64,000 nt of DNA from Octopus vulgaris. Taxonomy: Eukaryota. The stretch is taken from NCBI GenBank assembly GCA_951406725.2, contig OX597819.1:135408001-135472000 (forward strand), given 5' to 3'. Numbering within the stretch: position 1 is the stretch's first letter; the number at the start of each line of letters is the position of its first letter. Shown here piece after piece: positions 12,700-25,715 of the stretch. The notes beneath the pieces were generated by a model. It saw only the letters and a program-made list of their open reading frames with translations, was not told the origin of the DNA and made no database searches. A program made the translations under genes and the position numbers.

Positions 12700-13337
12700 G
12701 GAGATTTTAAATTATATTTTCTAAAACTGAGCTTCTGATGCTGTTAATTGCGATTATATCGGAATATTTGATGAAAACATTTTTCCTACTTCGATGTGAG
12801 GACTTTTGGAAAATTCACACAAGGCGTCTGGCTTTTTTCACAACTTTCAGAAAAATTGTAAATTTTTAATGGAATTTTCTATAAATGCCTTTCAGAGTGT
12901 GTCGATTACAATTATATCGGAAATGAAGATGAGAAAATTAATTTATTGGATTATTACACATACATAGTACAACAGGTCACATATCGACAAAAGGAAACTT
13001 GAAATTTAGAAGAAAATTGTGATGTGCGTCAGTGTGTGTGTGTATGTGTGTGTGTGTGTGTGTGCTCAATATTTTTTCTTTCCAAATTAAATTCCAATAT
13101 AATCGCATTTTACACACACTGTAACGTATTTCCCTTTTACTCATTTACTTGTTTCAGTCATTAGACTGTGGCCATGCTGGAGCACCGCCTTTAGTCGAGC
13201 AACTCGATCCCGGGACTTATTCTTTTGTATGCCCAGTACTTATTCTATCGGTCTCTTTTGCCGAACCGCTAAGTAACGGGGACATAAACACACCAGCATT
13301 GGTTGTCAAGCAATGCTAGGGGGACAAACTCACACAC

Positions 13338-13380
<43 letters not shown>

Positions 13381-13740
13381 TATGACGGGCCTCTTTCATT
13401 TTCCGTCTACCAAATCCACTCACAAAGCTTTGGCCGGCCCGAGGCTATAGTAGAAGACACTTGCCCAAGGTGGCACGCAGTGGGACTGAACCTGGAACCA
13501 TGTGGTTGGTAAGTAAGCTACTTACCACACAGCCACTCTTGCGCCTGTAGAAAATTACGTTAGAAAATAACCCATTTTTGTTAAAGTTCTGAGCAAACAC
13601 AGACAATTCGTGTGAATTTTACGAAACTCATCTTTCCGCCCACAGACAAATTTGTTTCGCTACAAATTCCGATATAATCAGAATGATCACCATCTGAAGC
13701 GTATTTACAGAAAATTTAATGAAATAATGTCCGTTTGGCG
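12700..13740. mobile_element. Degenerate inverted-repeat (MITE-like) element interrupted by a SINE
   Basis: 12740-12930 (gattatatcggaa repeats) matches in reverse complement 13090-13130 plus 13546-13720 once the SINE is removed. Confidence 0.5.
13133..13546 (-). mobile_element. tRNA-derived SINE with CORE-like segment
   Basis: Minus strand: A box GTGGCTGTGTGG, B box GGTTCAGTCCC, then CACCTTGGGCAAGTGTCTTCTACTATAGC, an internal microsatellite and a (GAGTAAAA)-like tail; several copies in the window. Confidence 0.85.
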
Positions 13741-14289
13741 GGGAGTTATGAGGAAACAAATTCTGTGCGTCGCACACATCTGTGAGAATGGCTGCCTTCC
13801 CAACACGGGTCTTCTGCTGGAAATCGCTGTTCCAGTCGGAAAGCTTCTCGGATCTCCTCTCCCGCATCTGTGCGTGTCGGTGGGACATTACTGTCAAATC
13901 CAAGCACCATCTGAGTCGTCTTTTTCCTCACTAACATTTCTCTCTCTCTCACTCTCTCTCTTTCTCTAATTCTTTCTTTCTTTCTCTCTGAGGGTTATGT
14001 TGCAGCCCTACCCAACCATCAGAATCATCCTCACCTGACCTAAGACCGACAATGACAGAGAAAGTAGCTGTCCATCTGCAGCTGATATGTACCCTAAGCC
14101 TCGACTCCTTGAAGCTCCAACGGCTTAAAATGTGTAAGAAGCCGGTTCCCATTGTTAACAGCATGTAGGTCAACGGCAGAAATATCTGGTCGGTGGTGGA
14201 AAATTGAGACAGATGCACAGGTATCTCGACGAAATTCAGCTGCGGGGAAGTGGCATCTGTCTTTAAGATCAACCATGTGTTTCATTTTT

Positions 14290-15780
14290 CTTAAATGAAA
14301 GCCTGAATCTTTTATTTAAATAAGAAATTTCAGTGTTTTTCCCCTTTGTACAGACATATTACATTTATTAAGTTGTCCAAAAATGTCTGACAAATAGAAT
14401 AATTTGTATAACAAATCTTCATTGTGAAACAAATCTGAATTTAATCCCAGCAGGAATGTTATGTCTTCATTTTCTTCAAGTTCTAACAATTGGTTCAAAG
14501 CTTCTCCATTTCAGATTCATCACACTTCTGTTCTTCATAAAACTTTGCTGAAATTGGATGCCATTTTCTCAGAGAAGAGGAAACTATTGAGAACAAGAAT
14601 TTTAATAACGTTAATAATTTTAACCGCTTCTTGTAATATTGCAAAAGTATCTGGAAATATTTTCTGAGAAACAAACACCTCTCAGTGAAGATTGCAATAA
14701 GTGACAGAAATAGGGTTTTTATCTTAGAAATTTAACTTGAACCCCAATTTCCCTCATTATCATAGCTTCTGCATCTTTATTACATACTACATTACATTTA
14801 TACCATCCAAGGCCTAGTTCTATCTCCCTTTTACTCTTTTACTTGTTTCAGTCATTTGACTGCGGCCATGCTGGAGCACCGCCTTTAATCGAGCAACTCG
14901 ACCCCGGGACTTATTCTTTTGTAAGCCCAGTACTTATTCTATCGGTCTCTTTTGCTGAATCGCTAAGTTACGGGGACATAAACACACCAGCATTGGTTGT
15001 CAAGCAATGCTAGGGGGACAAACACAGACACACAAACATATACACACACATATATATGTATATATATATACGACAGGCTTCTTTCAGTTTCCGTCTACCA
15101 AATCCACTCACAAGGCATTGGTTGGCCCGGGGCTATAGTAGAAGACACTTGCCCAAGATGCCACGCAGTGGGACTGAACCCGGAACCATGTGGTTGGTTA
15201 GCAAGCTACTTACCACACAGCCACTCCTGCGCCTATCGTCTACTTTTAGCTACAAAGTCTCAATCTAACGAACCAATCTTCCTGGACCCTATTCTATATT
15301 ACTATAGTTTGTAATTTTACTTGCTTCATCTAATTGAATTGCATGTTTAGAGACGTTGTTTAAAAACCTTCGCATAATTTACTCCAATTAATCATTATTC
15401 ATTTCTGAAATACAAATACCAACATTATCATTTCGAAGACGAACTTTAATTCATCTGCATGTTATTTCAATGAAGAATTCCTGATGTTTTCATTGCTGCT
15501 GCTAATACAAGTTCTTCGCCGATGTTGTTTGGGGTTTCTTTTATCACTTGCAATTAAATAAACAGCTTCAAAAGATGCCCTTAAGTATTTCACTCTTTCT
15601 GTTGAGTGAATAACTTGCTCAAGAGATTGCTTCTGTGTACTGATAGCCTTTCAAGACAATTCTATAGTCTTATTATTATAAGGGAATTCTTGAATCAAAA
15701 CGTTTTTAATTTTTGTGGGCTTCATATTTTCAGACACCAAACAATTCTTACAAATAACGTTGACCGGAATTCTTTCAATA
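14290..15780 (-). pseudogene. hAT (Buster/Charlie/SPIN-like) transposase fossil, split by a SINE
   Basis: Fragments KLFYLSDIFGQLNKCNMSVQ and KTPNNIGEELVLAAA resemble ZBED5/8-type transposase motifs; many stops and frameshifts. Confidence 0.7.
14828..15235 (-). mobile_element. tRNA/CORE-like SINE copy
   Basis: Close match to 13133-13546. Confidence 0.85.
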
Positions 15781-16787
15781 TTTGTCCAAAGTAAAAGTAA
15801 ATCCATTATATTTCCTCTTTTGTCGTTCTGAGAGAATTACTTATTTCTGAATTCATGACACTCTTTCAAGTTTTTCACTCTCATTTATATCATCGTCGTT
15901 ACTTTCTGCAGTTTTATTCCTCGATAGATTTGACCATTTCTCTACAGATAATATATTTTGTCTTTAATTACAATATGCTAATTACTGTCACAGTTTTTGA
16001 GCAGAACAAGATGAAGATCTCACTCAATAAAAGAACTGATTCTGGGTCATCACATTTGAAAGTTATCCTTTTGGTTTCAGAGAGTCAGTGATAGAGTTCT
16101 GTTTTCTCTGTTTTTTTCAAATCGTCCTTTTTATAAATAAGTTTATTGTTACAAATTAAATTTAAATTTGAATATGTTCCTCCTAGTTTACATAATCTGT
16201 GACTTATTGTTTTGTACAACTTTCAGTAAGAAAGATCATTTTTATTATATTTTTGTTGTGTTTTTACATCACATATAATGTTTGAATATTAGTTAATTCC
16301 ACGTTTTTGGAGCCACAAATTAGTAAGATATGTCAGCAATTTATTCAAAATAATTTTATATAGAGTATGATACCATATAATTTGTTTCTAAACCAATAAT
16401 TTCTAATAGTAATTGCTTATCAATTTCTGAAATAAATTTGACGTAATTTAAATAATTTTATGTTAAATTTCAAAATAATCAGGTTTGTTCACTCGTGTCA
16501 CGTAAGAATCCAATAACAATTGGACAATACTTACGAGTTGCGTTTCACTAAATTTTCAAATTTTAAATTTATGGATTATTTTTTATATGTACAATGGTAA
16601 AGTTTGACGTTTTGCTGAAAATCTACAATAACTATTGAGTAACAATGATCATAATGGTAGAATATAAAATAAAGAACATGCAACCATTGCCACACTGGGA
16701 AAACCTGCCTTAAATCACTACAGAACAAATAGAAACATCCATAGACACATCGTATATTACATAGAAATACTATTCCTATATGATACA

Positions 16788-18185
16788 CTAGCAGAGAAAG
16801 CCGGATTTGCTCGGGATTAAAATAGCATAGTTTTTTAATTGTTTTACTTGTTTCGGTATTATGACCCGATTTCATTCGGGTCTACACGGGCCACATTTTC
16901 AAGATGAGGAATTCCCCCTAAAAAAAAAACCAAACTTTTATTAAAAATTGGAAATGTAAAAAAGCATGCCAAATGTTTAAACAGACTTTGAGAAGTGATT
17001 GAAGAAACCTCGCGGATGCAGATGTGAAGGGAAAAGAATGACGGGAAAATGCTGGAAAAATACAAAACACCAGTCTGGTCTCTGCACAAAACTGAAATAG
17101 TATAATACGACTGCACTTGCAATGTTTTGGATACAATATGTAGTCACACCCAACTTAATTTTGCGGAATCAGTGTCGGGACGTGAACCATGGATTGGGAG
17201 TTTGACTGGAAGCAGAGGTGGTCAGTTTGCAGATGTGGCCAGCAACGTGAAGAAGAAGGTCTCTGTGCCTTGTAAATTCTCATTGACGGGAAACTGCCGT
17301 CGCGTAAATTCAAATGGCACGGCCGAGGGACTAAGGCTCATGGGGCTTAATAACTTTGTTACGCCACCAGATGGTCCGCTCAGAATGATTGTCGTCAGAA
17401 TTAAGGTCCCATGTTTTTAATGATCAGACGCGTACCGTTGCATAGTTCTGGTGGTTCCACGTTTCTTAGCAGCATAACTGGAACAGCAACCTTCAGTCTA
17501 AAGTCATGAGGTGGAAGTCCGGGAGGTAGTTGGCTGTTGAGGATTTCAACAGTTGTGCAAATTTTCAGCACAAACCGACTACATTTACTAACAATTTTGC
17601 CTGCACAATTGTTATGTGAGACAACGTCTGTCATTTTCACAAATATATATTAGAATACCAGAGATACCCGGCCTTGTTCGGGATTAAAATAGTTTATTAT
17701 TATTTTACTTGCTTTAGCATTATAATCCGATTTCATTCGGTTCTACGCGGGCCACATTTAAAAGATGAGTACTTTTGCCCTAGAGGTCACGCCTTTCAAT
17801 TGAGCAAACTCAAAGTTGCCAAGCACACTCGCCAGCGCTTTTAACATAGGTGTGCATATTTTCAGCTCAATCCGACCACATTTACTAACACTTTTGCTTG
17901 CACAACTGCTTGTGAGACAACGTCCGACCTTTTCACAAATATTTGGTAGAATTACAGAGATACTCAGCCTTGCTCGGGATTAAAATGGCATAATTTTTAA
18001 TTGTTTTACTTGTTTGGTTATTATAACACGATTTCATTCGGGTCTACGCGGACCACATTTTAAAAGATGAGGAAATTTGCTCTAGAGGCCACGCCTTTCA
18101 ATTGAGCAAACTCAAATTTGCCATGCAAACTCGCCAGCACTTTTAACATAAGTGCGCATATTTTCAACTCAATCCGACCACATAT
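16788..18185 (-). mobile_element. Helitron 3' region: CTAG terminus, PIF1 helicase fragment and ~297-bp tandem repeats containing the terminal hairpin
   Basis: CTAG at 16788-16791 with hairpin ccggatttgctcgg. 17270-17555 encodes [39 protein letters not shown] and PFEFTRRQFPV (Helitron PIF1). The hairpin motif recurs at ~17665 and ~17962. Confidence 0.75.
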
Positions 18186-18323
18186 GCACACATTATATGC
18201 ACACATACATACACACACACATATATATATATATGCATTAAATATATATACTACATATATACGCATTATGTATACATATGCAATCACATTTTATATATAT
18301 ATAAACATACACACACACACACT

Positions 18324-18406
<83 letters not shown>

Positions 18407-18478
18407 GTATTTAATTTATATATAGATATTTACACTTTATATATACTTATAAAATATATATATATATATATTATATAC

Positions 18479-18557
<79 letters not shown>

Positions 18558-19429
18558 GAAGGAAGGTTTGAAAATGCAATTTAAAAGATGTTTATTTACG
18601 TAACCGGTTTCACTCTTTGGTAAAAGATTGTCAAAAGTAACATTGAATATTATGGATTCAAAAAAGTTTTTTTACATAATTGCCACATTGAATATTATGA
18701 ATTCAAAAAGGTTTTTTTACATAATTGTCACATTACATGTATAAATATAGTGTTTGGTAACAGAGATATGTTAAGAGCATAAAGAAGTTCAATAGTGTGA
18801 TGAGAATATTTGGAAAAATTGGCAGAAAGGAATAAGACAAATATATTATTGGAAATTTGGTTGCGTTAATTATTGGTTGTCGCAAATTGTCACATTACAT
18901 GTATATATATATACAGTCTTTGGTAGAAAGGACATGTTAAAGACATAAGGAAGTGCAATGGTATGGTGAGAAAATTTGTAATATTGACAGAAAAAATTAA
19001 AATGGATATTTTATACATCTCAGAATATTTTGAATTGAAGGCGAGAATTTGTTTTTACTGACCTGTTCGCTTTAGCAGAAATGTTGAATTGAGAGAAAAA
19101 ATGTGTACCCAGTTTTGTTTTGTTTATGGTCCCCCTTCAAGCATCAATGATTTTGGGGTTATCGGGAGGTGAGTATGCGAGTGTGAACAGATGTGTCCGT
19201 GTGCCTGCAGTATCTGGTCAGACGGCGTCTGTTTGTCACACACATATACACACACACACACAACACAACACACACATAATATACAAACACACAACACATA
19301 CACACAACACACACACACACACACAGAACACACACATAGACAACGCACCCACATATATAATATACACACACAGCACACAAATATAACATGTATTTATATA
19401 TAATACACACACATATATAACACACAGGC

Positions 19430-21448
19430 AAAAACAAAACCTTAGACAAATTTTGCGATTACATCTCAAACTTCCCTTATGGTGAACTCCCACAACCTAA
19501 ACTCAAACCCAACACCAGTAAAAGAGAATGGGAAATCATCCATACGCTACGAGACAATCATGACGTCACAATAAAGGAAGCTGATAAGGGTAGTACGGTC
19601 GTTGTTATGAATACTGAGCAGTATAAAAACTCTGTATCTCTCCTTTTAGAGGATACAACATACTATGAAGGAGTAGTCGACTACCAGCAATCCAAAACAA
19701 TGACCAAACTGAAGGCACTCATTTACCAACACCGGAATGACTTGACAGCAAAGGAATGCGACTACATTACTAAATTTAATTGCAAAACCAGCACACTCTA
19801 TGGGCTTCCAAAAATACACAAGAGTCAAATTATCTCAGAAGCTTGCAAAAAGTCCACTTCAACCTGCATCACTATACCACATCCCACTGATCTCAAACTG
19901 AGACCAATAGTGGCAGGCCCAAGTTGTGAAACACACAGACTTAGCAACTTTATAGATATCATCTTAAAGCCAATACTGAAACACATTCCAAGTATTGTAA
20001 GAGATGACCTGGACCTATTAAATCATCTCCCCAAACATACTGATAAAGACACTTTAATCGTTTCCTTTGATGTAATTAATCTTTACACCACAATCCCACA
20101 TGAATATGGACTGGAAGCCATTAAATTCTGGCTGGATAAATATCCCAATGAGATTCCGGAAAGAATTAAAAAAGAATTCATAATTGAGGGCCTCAAATTT
20201 ATTCTGCAAAACAACTTCATGTATTTCCACAACAACACTTACAGACAGGTCTCAGGAACTGCAATGGGTACGAAAGTTGCGCCTACCTATGCAAACCTGG
20301 TGATGGCCTACCTGGAATCACATATCTATGAAAAATCCAAATATAAGTACGGCCAGTCTTTCCACAAATACCTGTTGGAGAACTGGAAACGCTACTTAGA
20401 TGATTGCCTCATCCTATGGTCCCACACACTCGACCAACTTATAGACTTCAAAAACCTTATCAACAGTGTAAATAACAACATTCAATTCACAATGGAATAT
20501 AGTCAGGACCAACTCCCTTTTCTTGACATCCTAATCATTAAAAAAGGCGTCAACATTGAAACTGACATCCATTACAAACCCACTGACTCTAAACAATACC
20601 TTCTATTCACCTCCAATCACCCAAAACACTCAAAGACAAATATCCCCTTCAACCTAGCGAGAAGAATCTGCACTATTGTCTCAAATGACACAACACGAAA
20701 TAGAAGACTCCGGGAACTAAGGGCAATTCTTCTCGAAAGACATTACCCGGCATCACTAGTAGACAACGGAATAGAACGGGCCAAATCAATCAACACTCAA
20801 GCCCTACGAAAACACAAAAACATCCACAGTACAGTAAATAGCCTCCCCTATCTCTCAACACACAACCCAAGGAATGCAGAAGCTTACACTATTATATACA
20901 ACAACATTCCACAACTAAATCAAGACCCACGCCTGAAAAAAATACTGGCAGCTCATAAAATAATAAAAAGTAAGAGACAACCTAAATCCCTAAAAAACCT
21001 CCTCACCAACGCAAAATTACACAACACAAACCCACCGCCCACCATCAAAAAATGTGGTCGCCCCAATTGCAGGACTTGCATCCACCTCATTGAGGGATCG
21101 ACGTACAAGTTCCACTCGGGACACACATTCATCATAAAAAATAATTTCACGTGCGCATCAAAAAATTTACTCTACGTCATAAGGTGTGAAGGATGCCACG
21201 AAGACTACATAGGGCAAACGAGCCTTACCCTCAGAGAAAGAATGACAGTTCACCGACAACAACTGAGGGACCCCTCCACAAGACAGATACCACTAAGTGG
21301 ACACTTAGACCTTTGTGCACACAATAAGTCCCCCAAATTCTTAGTCTTCCCACTATACCAATGCTCGGACAACACCACAGACCAAACACGAATAAATAGG
21401 GAAAGTAATCTTATTCAAAAATACAGACCACAACTAAACATACTCTAA
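19430..21448 (+). CDS. Penelope-like RT + Zn-finger linker + GIY-YIG endonuclease (open, N-terminally truncated)
   Basis: IKEADKG motif upstream of the called ATG, LYGLPKIHK, RPIV, SFDVINLYT, GTAMG..AP, RYLDD, FLD, KCGRPNCRTC, LLYVIRC...YIGQT..LRERM..HR; no internal stop. Confidence 0.93.
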   Translation, partial: KNKTLDKFCDYISNFPYGELPQPKLKPNTSKREWEIIHTLRDNHDVTIKEADKGSTVVVMNTEQYKNSVSLLLEDTTYYEGVVDYQQSKTMTKLKALIYQHRNDLTAKECDYITKFNCKTSTLYGLPKIHKSQIISEACKKSTSTCITIPHPTDLKLRPIVAGPSCETHRLSNFIDIILKPILKHIPSIVRDDLDLLNHLPKHTDKDTLIVSFDVINLYTTIPHEYGLEAIKFWLDKYPNEIPERIKKEFIIEGLKFILQNNFMYFHNNTYRQVSGTAMGTKVAPTYANLVMAYLESHIYEKSKYKYGQSFHKYLLENWKRYLDDCLILWSHTLDQLIDFKNLINSVNNNIQFTMEYSQDQLPFLDILIIKKGVNIETDIHYKPTDSKQYLLFTSNHPKHSKTNIPFNLARRICTIVSNDTTRNRRLRELRAILLERHYPASLVDNGIERAKSINTQALRKHKNIHSTVNSLPYLSTHNPRNAEAYTIIYNNIPQLNQDPRLKKILAAHKIIKSKRQPKSLKNLLTNAKLHNTNPPPTIKKCGRPNCRTCIHLIEGSTYKFHSGHTFIIKNNFTCASKNLLYVIRCEGCHEDYIGQTSLTLRERMTVHRQQLRDPSTRQIPLSGHLDLCAHNKSPKFLVFPLYQCSDNTTDQTRINRESNLIQKYRPQLNIL

Positions 21449-21635
21449 CATACCCCCTGGGCACACATCCAGAGCAAGCACACAGGGACACGCGCACACT
21501 CACGGCATATCGTGCGGGCGGACACATGCACGCTTCGGCACGCATAGGACACACTAGCGGGCATTGACCGCACACATACGTGGCACGCACACGTATGCAT
21601 TATATATATGTAGGTTATGTATGTGTGCGAGTGTA

Positions 21636-21669
<34 letters not shown>

Positions 21670-21896
21670 TGTGTGTGTGTGTGTGCGCGCGTGTGTATAT
21701 ATGTGTGTGTGTGTGTGTGTGTGCATTGTGTGCGTGTGTATGTATTTACATGTGTATTTGTTATTTTATATATATATATATATGTGTGTGTGTGTTGTGT
21801 GTGTATATGCATGGTATGTGTGTATATGTGAGTACATTGTTTGTGTGTGTGTGCGGTATGTAGAGATATATTTGAGTGTGTACGCTATAGGTATGT

Positions 21897-21932
<36 letters not shown>

Positions 21933-21998
21933 CTTTTTATATATATATGTGTGTGTATGTATGTGAAAATATATATATGTACATGTATATATATATAT

Positions 21999-22327
21999 AC
22001 ATCATAAGCGGGAAGTGTAACCTCTCGAAAGAGCTGTTCTTCACTCCTGCTCCGGAGCGTCGGCTGCGGGGTCATTCCGAAAAGCTCTACCTGCGACGAT
22101 TTCATCTCAATCGAAGGAGAGGAGCTTTCTCCGTCCGGGTTGCGGATCCGTGGAACAAGCTGCCAGACGAGATGGTGAAGATGCCGACGACCGCTTTGTT
22201 CAAAGCCTCCCTGGACCTCAAGTGGCCTGAACTCTTTACATGAACACCACCCTGTACTTAACTCCATGTCCCCCTACATGGCCTTGCTATTTGCTTTTGA
22301 GCCAAATTAACTAACTAACTAACTAAC
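21999..22327 (+). mobile_element. Short 3' fragment of the CR1-type LINE nested in the Penelope 3' microsatellite
   Basis: Near-identical to 54403-54730, including the (CTAA)n tail; it keeps CGA where the long copy has TGA. Confidence 0.92.
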
Positions 22328-22348
22328 ATATATGTATGTATATATATG

Positions 22349-22387
<39 letters not shown>

Positions 22388-23923
22388 GTGTGTGTGTATG
22401 TATGTGTGTGTGTATGTGTGTGTGTGGATATATATTTGCATGTATATGTGTGTATAAACATGTGCATTATTTGCATGCGCATTGTGTATATGTATATTGT
22501 ATGTATGTGTATTGTATATGTATGTGTACAATTAGGTGTATATGTGTGTGTATGTGTGCATTGTATATATGTATATTGTAGGTGTGTTATATATGCATGA
22601 ATACATGTATATACATTGCATGTGTATATATATGTATGCATTGTGTATGTGTATGTTATGTGTGTGTGTATATATATGTTATATGTATGCGCACGTGTAT
22701 ATGTATACATTGTATGTATGTATATTGTGTGTATATGTGGTATATTTATGTATGTGTATGTAAACACTATTTATATGTATATATGTATATATGTATATGC
22801 ATTGTCTATATATATATATATATTATATGTATGTATTGCGTATGTATATTGCATGTATATATTGTGTATGTGTATTATATACATGCTGTGTATGTGTATC
22901 GTATGTATATATATGCTAGGTGTATTTGTGTTATATTTATATTATGTATGTATGTGTGCGTGTGTTGTGTGTGTGTGTGTGTTGTGTGTGTATGTGTGTT
23001 ATATATGTGTGTGTATTATATATAAATACATGTTATATTTGTGTGCTGTGTGTGTATATTATATATGTGGGTGCGTTGTGTATGTGTGTGTTCTGTGTGT
23101 GTGTGTGTTGTGTGTATGTGTTGTGTGTTTGTATATTATATGTGTGTGTGTGTGTGTTGTGTGTGTGTATGTGTGTATATGTGTGTGACAAACAGACGCC
23201 GTCTGACCAGATACTGCAGACACACGGACACATCTATTCACACTCGCATACTCACCTCCCGATAACCCCAAAATCATTGATGCTTGAAGGGGGACCATAA
23301 ACAAAACAAAACTGGGTACACATTTTTTTCTCTCAATTCAACATTTCTGCTAAAGCGAACAGGTCAGTAAAAACAAATTCTCGCCTTCAATTCAAAATAT
23401 TCTGAGATGTATAAAATATCCATTTTAATTTTTTCTGTCAATATTACAAATTTTCTCACCATACCATTGCACTTCCTTATGTCTTTAACATGTCCTTTCT
23501 ACCAAAGACTGTATATATATATACATGTAATGTGACAATTTGCGACAACCAATAATTAACGCAACCAAATACCCAATAATATATTTGTTTTATTCCTTTC
23601 TGCCAATTTTTCCAAATATTCTCATCACACTATTGAACTTCTTTATGCTCTTAACATATCTCTGTTACCAAACACTATATTTATACATGTAATGTGACAA
23701 TTATGTAAAAAAAAACCTTTTTTAAATTCATAATATTCAATGTGGCAATTATGTAAAAAAACTTTTTTGAATCCATAATATTCAATGTTACTTTTGACAA
23801 TCTTTTACCAAAGAGTGAAACCGGCTAAGTAAATAAACATCTTTTAAATTGCATTTTCAAACCTTCTTTCGTATATAATTCCACTCGTGCGATACTACAC
23901 AACTCAACTTTTATATATATATA

Positions 23924-23959
<36 letters not shown>

Positions 23960-23964
<5 letters not shown>

Positions 23965-24503
23965 TAACACAATAAATATCTGATCAATATCTGTTACCAC
24001 GACTATGCGGTGGTGGTGGTGGTGGTCGATAAAAATCCACCGTTGTAAAAGACCTGAGGCGGTAATATTTAAACTTTTGCGGCTGTCAACGGTTTCCTTC
24101 CTTAGATACAGACTGATGTACAGAGAGAGAGAGAGGCGATGGGAGGAAGAGTGATAGCGAGATGGCGAAGGCAGAGAGGGAAAGAGAGCGGGAGATGTCG
24201 AACGTTGATATAGAAAGAATGTGGAGGGAAGGTATGAAAGCGAGAGATCGAGGAAGACGAGTTGGTATCCGTAAGGAAGAAACGACAAAAACTTGTCAAA
24301 GTCTGGGTTTTGTTGCCCTAGAAACCACAGCCTTTGTGATGGAGATTTCTAACCTAGTCAATTCACTTTCTTGCCTCGTTGTACATGTCCCTGTAAATTA
24401 TCGCCGAAATCCGAGCACGCCTACTGCCATTGAAACCTGCATAACCACTAAATGAAACACGCAAACTTGTAACATTCGCCCATTTTACTTTTATATATAG
24501 AGA
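23960..24503 (-). mobile_element. Helitron 5' terminal region
   Basis: Minus strand begins A|TCTCTATATATAAAAG, the same terminal signature as the element at 56-436. Confidence 0.55.
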
Positions 24504-24559
24504 TAAAAAAGACATCAATATATATAATATATATAAAATATATATATATATATATATAT

Positions 24560-24650
<91 letters not shown>
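24560..24650. repeat. (GATA)n microsatellite
   Basis: Direct reading. Confidence 0.95.
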
Positions 24651-24651
24651 T

Positions 24652-24861
24652 ACTCTTTTCATCTTTTTACTTGTTTCAGCCATTTGACTGTGGTCATGCT
24701 GGAGCACTGCCTTTATTCGAGCAAATCGACGCCAGGACTTATTTTTTTGTAAGCCTAGTACTTATTCTATCTGTCTCTTATGCCGAACCGCTAAGTTTCG
24801 GGAGCGTAAACACAACAGCATCGGTTGTCAAGCAATGTTCAGGGGACAGACAGACACACAA

Positions 24862-24928
<67 letters not shown>

Positions 24929-25085
24929 CGACGGGCTTTCAGTTTCCGTTTACCAAATCCACTCACAAGGCTTTTGGCCGGGTCGAGGCTATAGTAAAAG
25001 ACACTTGCCCAAGGTGCCGCGCAGTGGGACTGAACCCGGAACCATGTTGTTGGTAAGCAAGATCCTTACCACACACCCACTACTC
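24652..25085 (-). mobile_element. tRNA/CORE-like SINE copy
   Basis: Matches 13133-13546. Confidence 0.85.
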
Positions 25086-25509
25086 TTATATATATATATA
25101 TACCAGACATTCTATTCAGGGCTAAAGATATCTATGAATATACCAGATGTTATTAAAATACTCTGTAAAGCAATGGAATTGTTTAGGGAGGTGATTCTAT
25201 GCACAACAATAACAACAACAACAATTGAATATTTCAAAGTTTATATTTGTTTCCGAATGTAATTTCTGGTTACAAGGGAGCCAAACCAGTAAAGTGGTCT
25301 CTATTTGGTTGACAGATCTGCTAGAAATAATAACCAAATTTACCAAAATTCACACTTCATCATCTTAAGGTAGGACAAGTGGGACAATGTGGTTCTGAGT
25401 TTTCTACATTAGCAATAAAGGCAGGATGGTCCCGGCTGGGAGACATTTGATCATAGATCATTGTTTGGTCATGGTTGATCTGGTGACTAAACAACATTTA
25501 CGCAACAAT

Positions 25510-25715
25510 TCACTCTTCAAGTAATGATAGACATTTGAGTGCAGTTAAGCACTCAGCTTCCGCAAGAGCTGCCCTCAATGTATCCACCGTAACTTCCTGC
25601 GGATCACAATGTGTTGACCAGTAGAGCAGCATCTGGAAGCTCTGCTCTTGAACATTACCAAAAAAGTCATGCCGGATAATTCCCAGTTGGATACTTTTAA
25701 TCCCCCAAAATATAC
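25510..25715 (-). CDS. Paralog B terminal exon: Death domain, C-terminal part
   Basis: Acceptor cttcaacAG, phase 1. Reads GIFWGIKSIQLGIIRHDFFGNVQEQSFQMLLYWSTHCDPQEVTVDTLRAALAEAECLTALKCLSLLEE*; homologous to 480-685. Confidence 0.9.

Larger units (their letters stand above)
18553..23912 (+). mobile_element. Penelope-like retroelement, 5'-truncated, with inverted pseudo-LTR, inserted in (TA)n
   Basis: 18553-19426 is the near-perfect reverse complement of ~22995-23877; the right copy has an extra ~35-nt tail (23878-23912); the RT + GIY-YIG ORF lies between them. Confidence 0.92.

Noticed and set aside
13133-13546. tRNA genes
   Set aside because: The A/B boxes belong to multi-copy SINE heads; no complete cloverleaf seen.
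13760-14285. GC-richer segments with short ORFs
   Set aside because: No recognisable motif; probably decayed TE sequence, not assignable.
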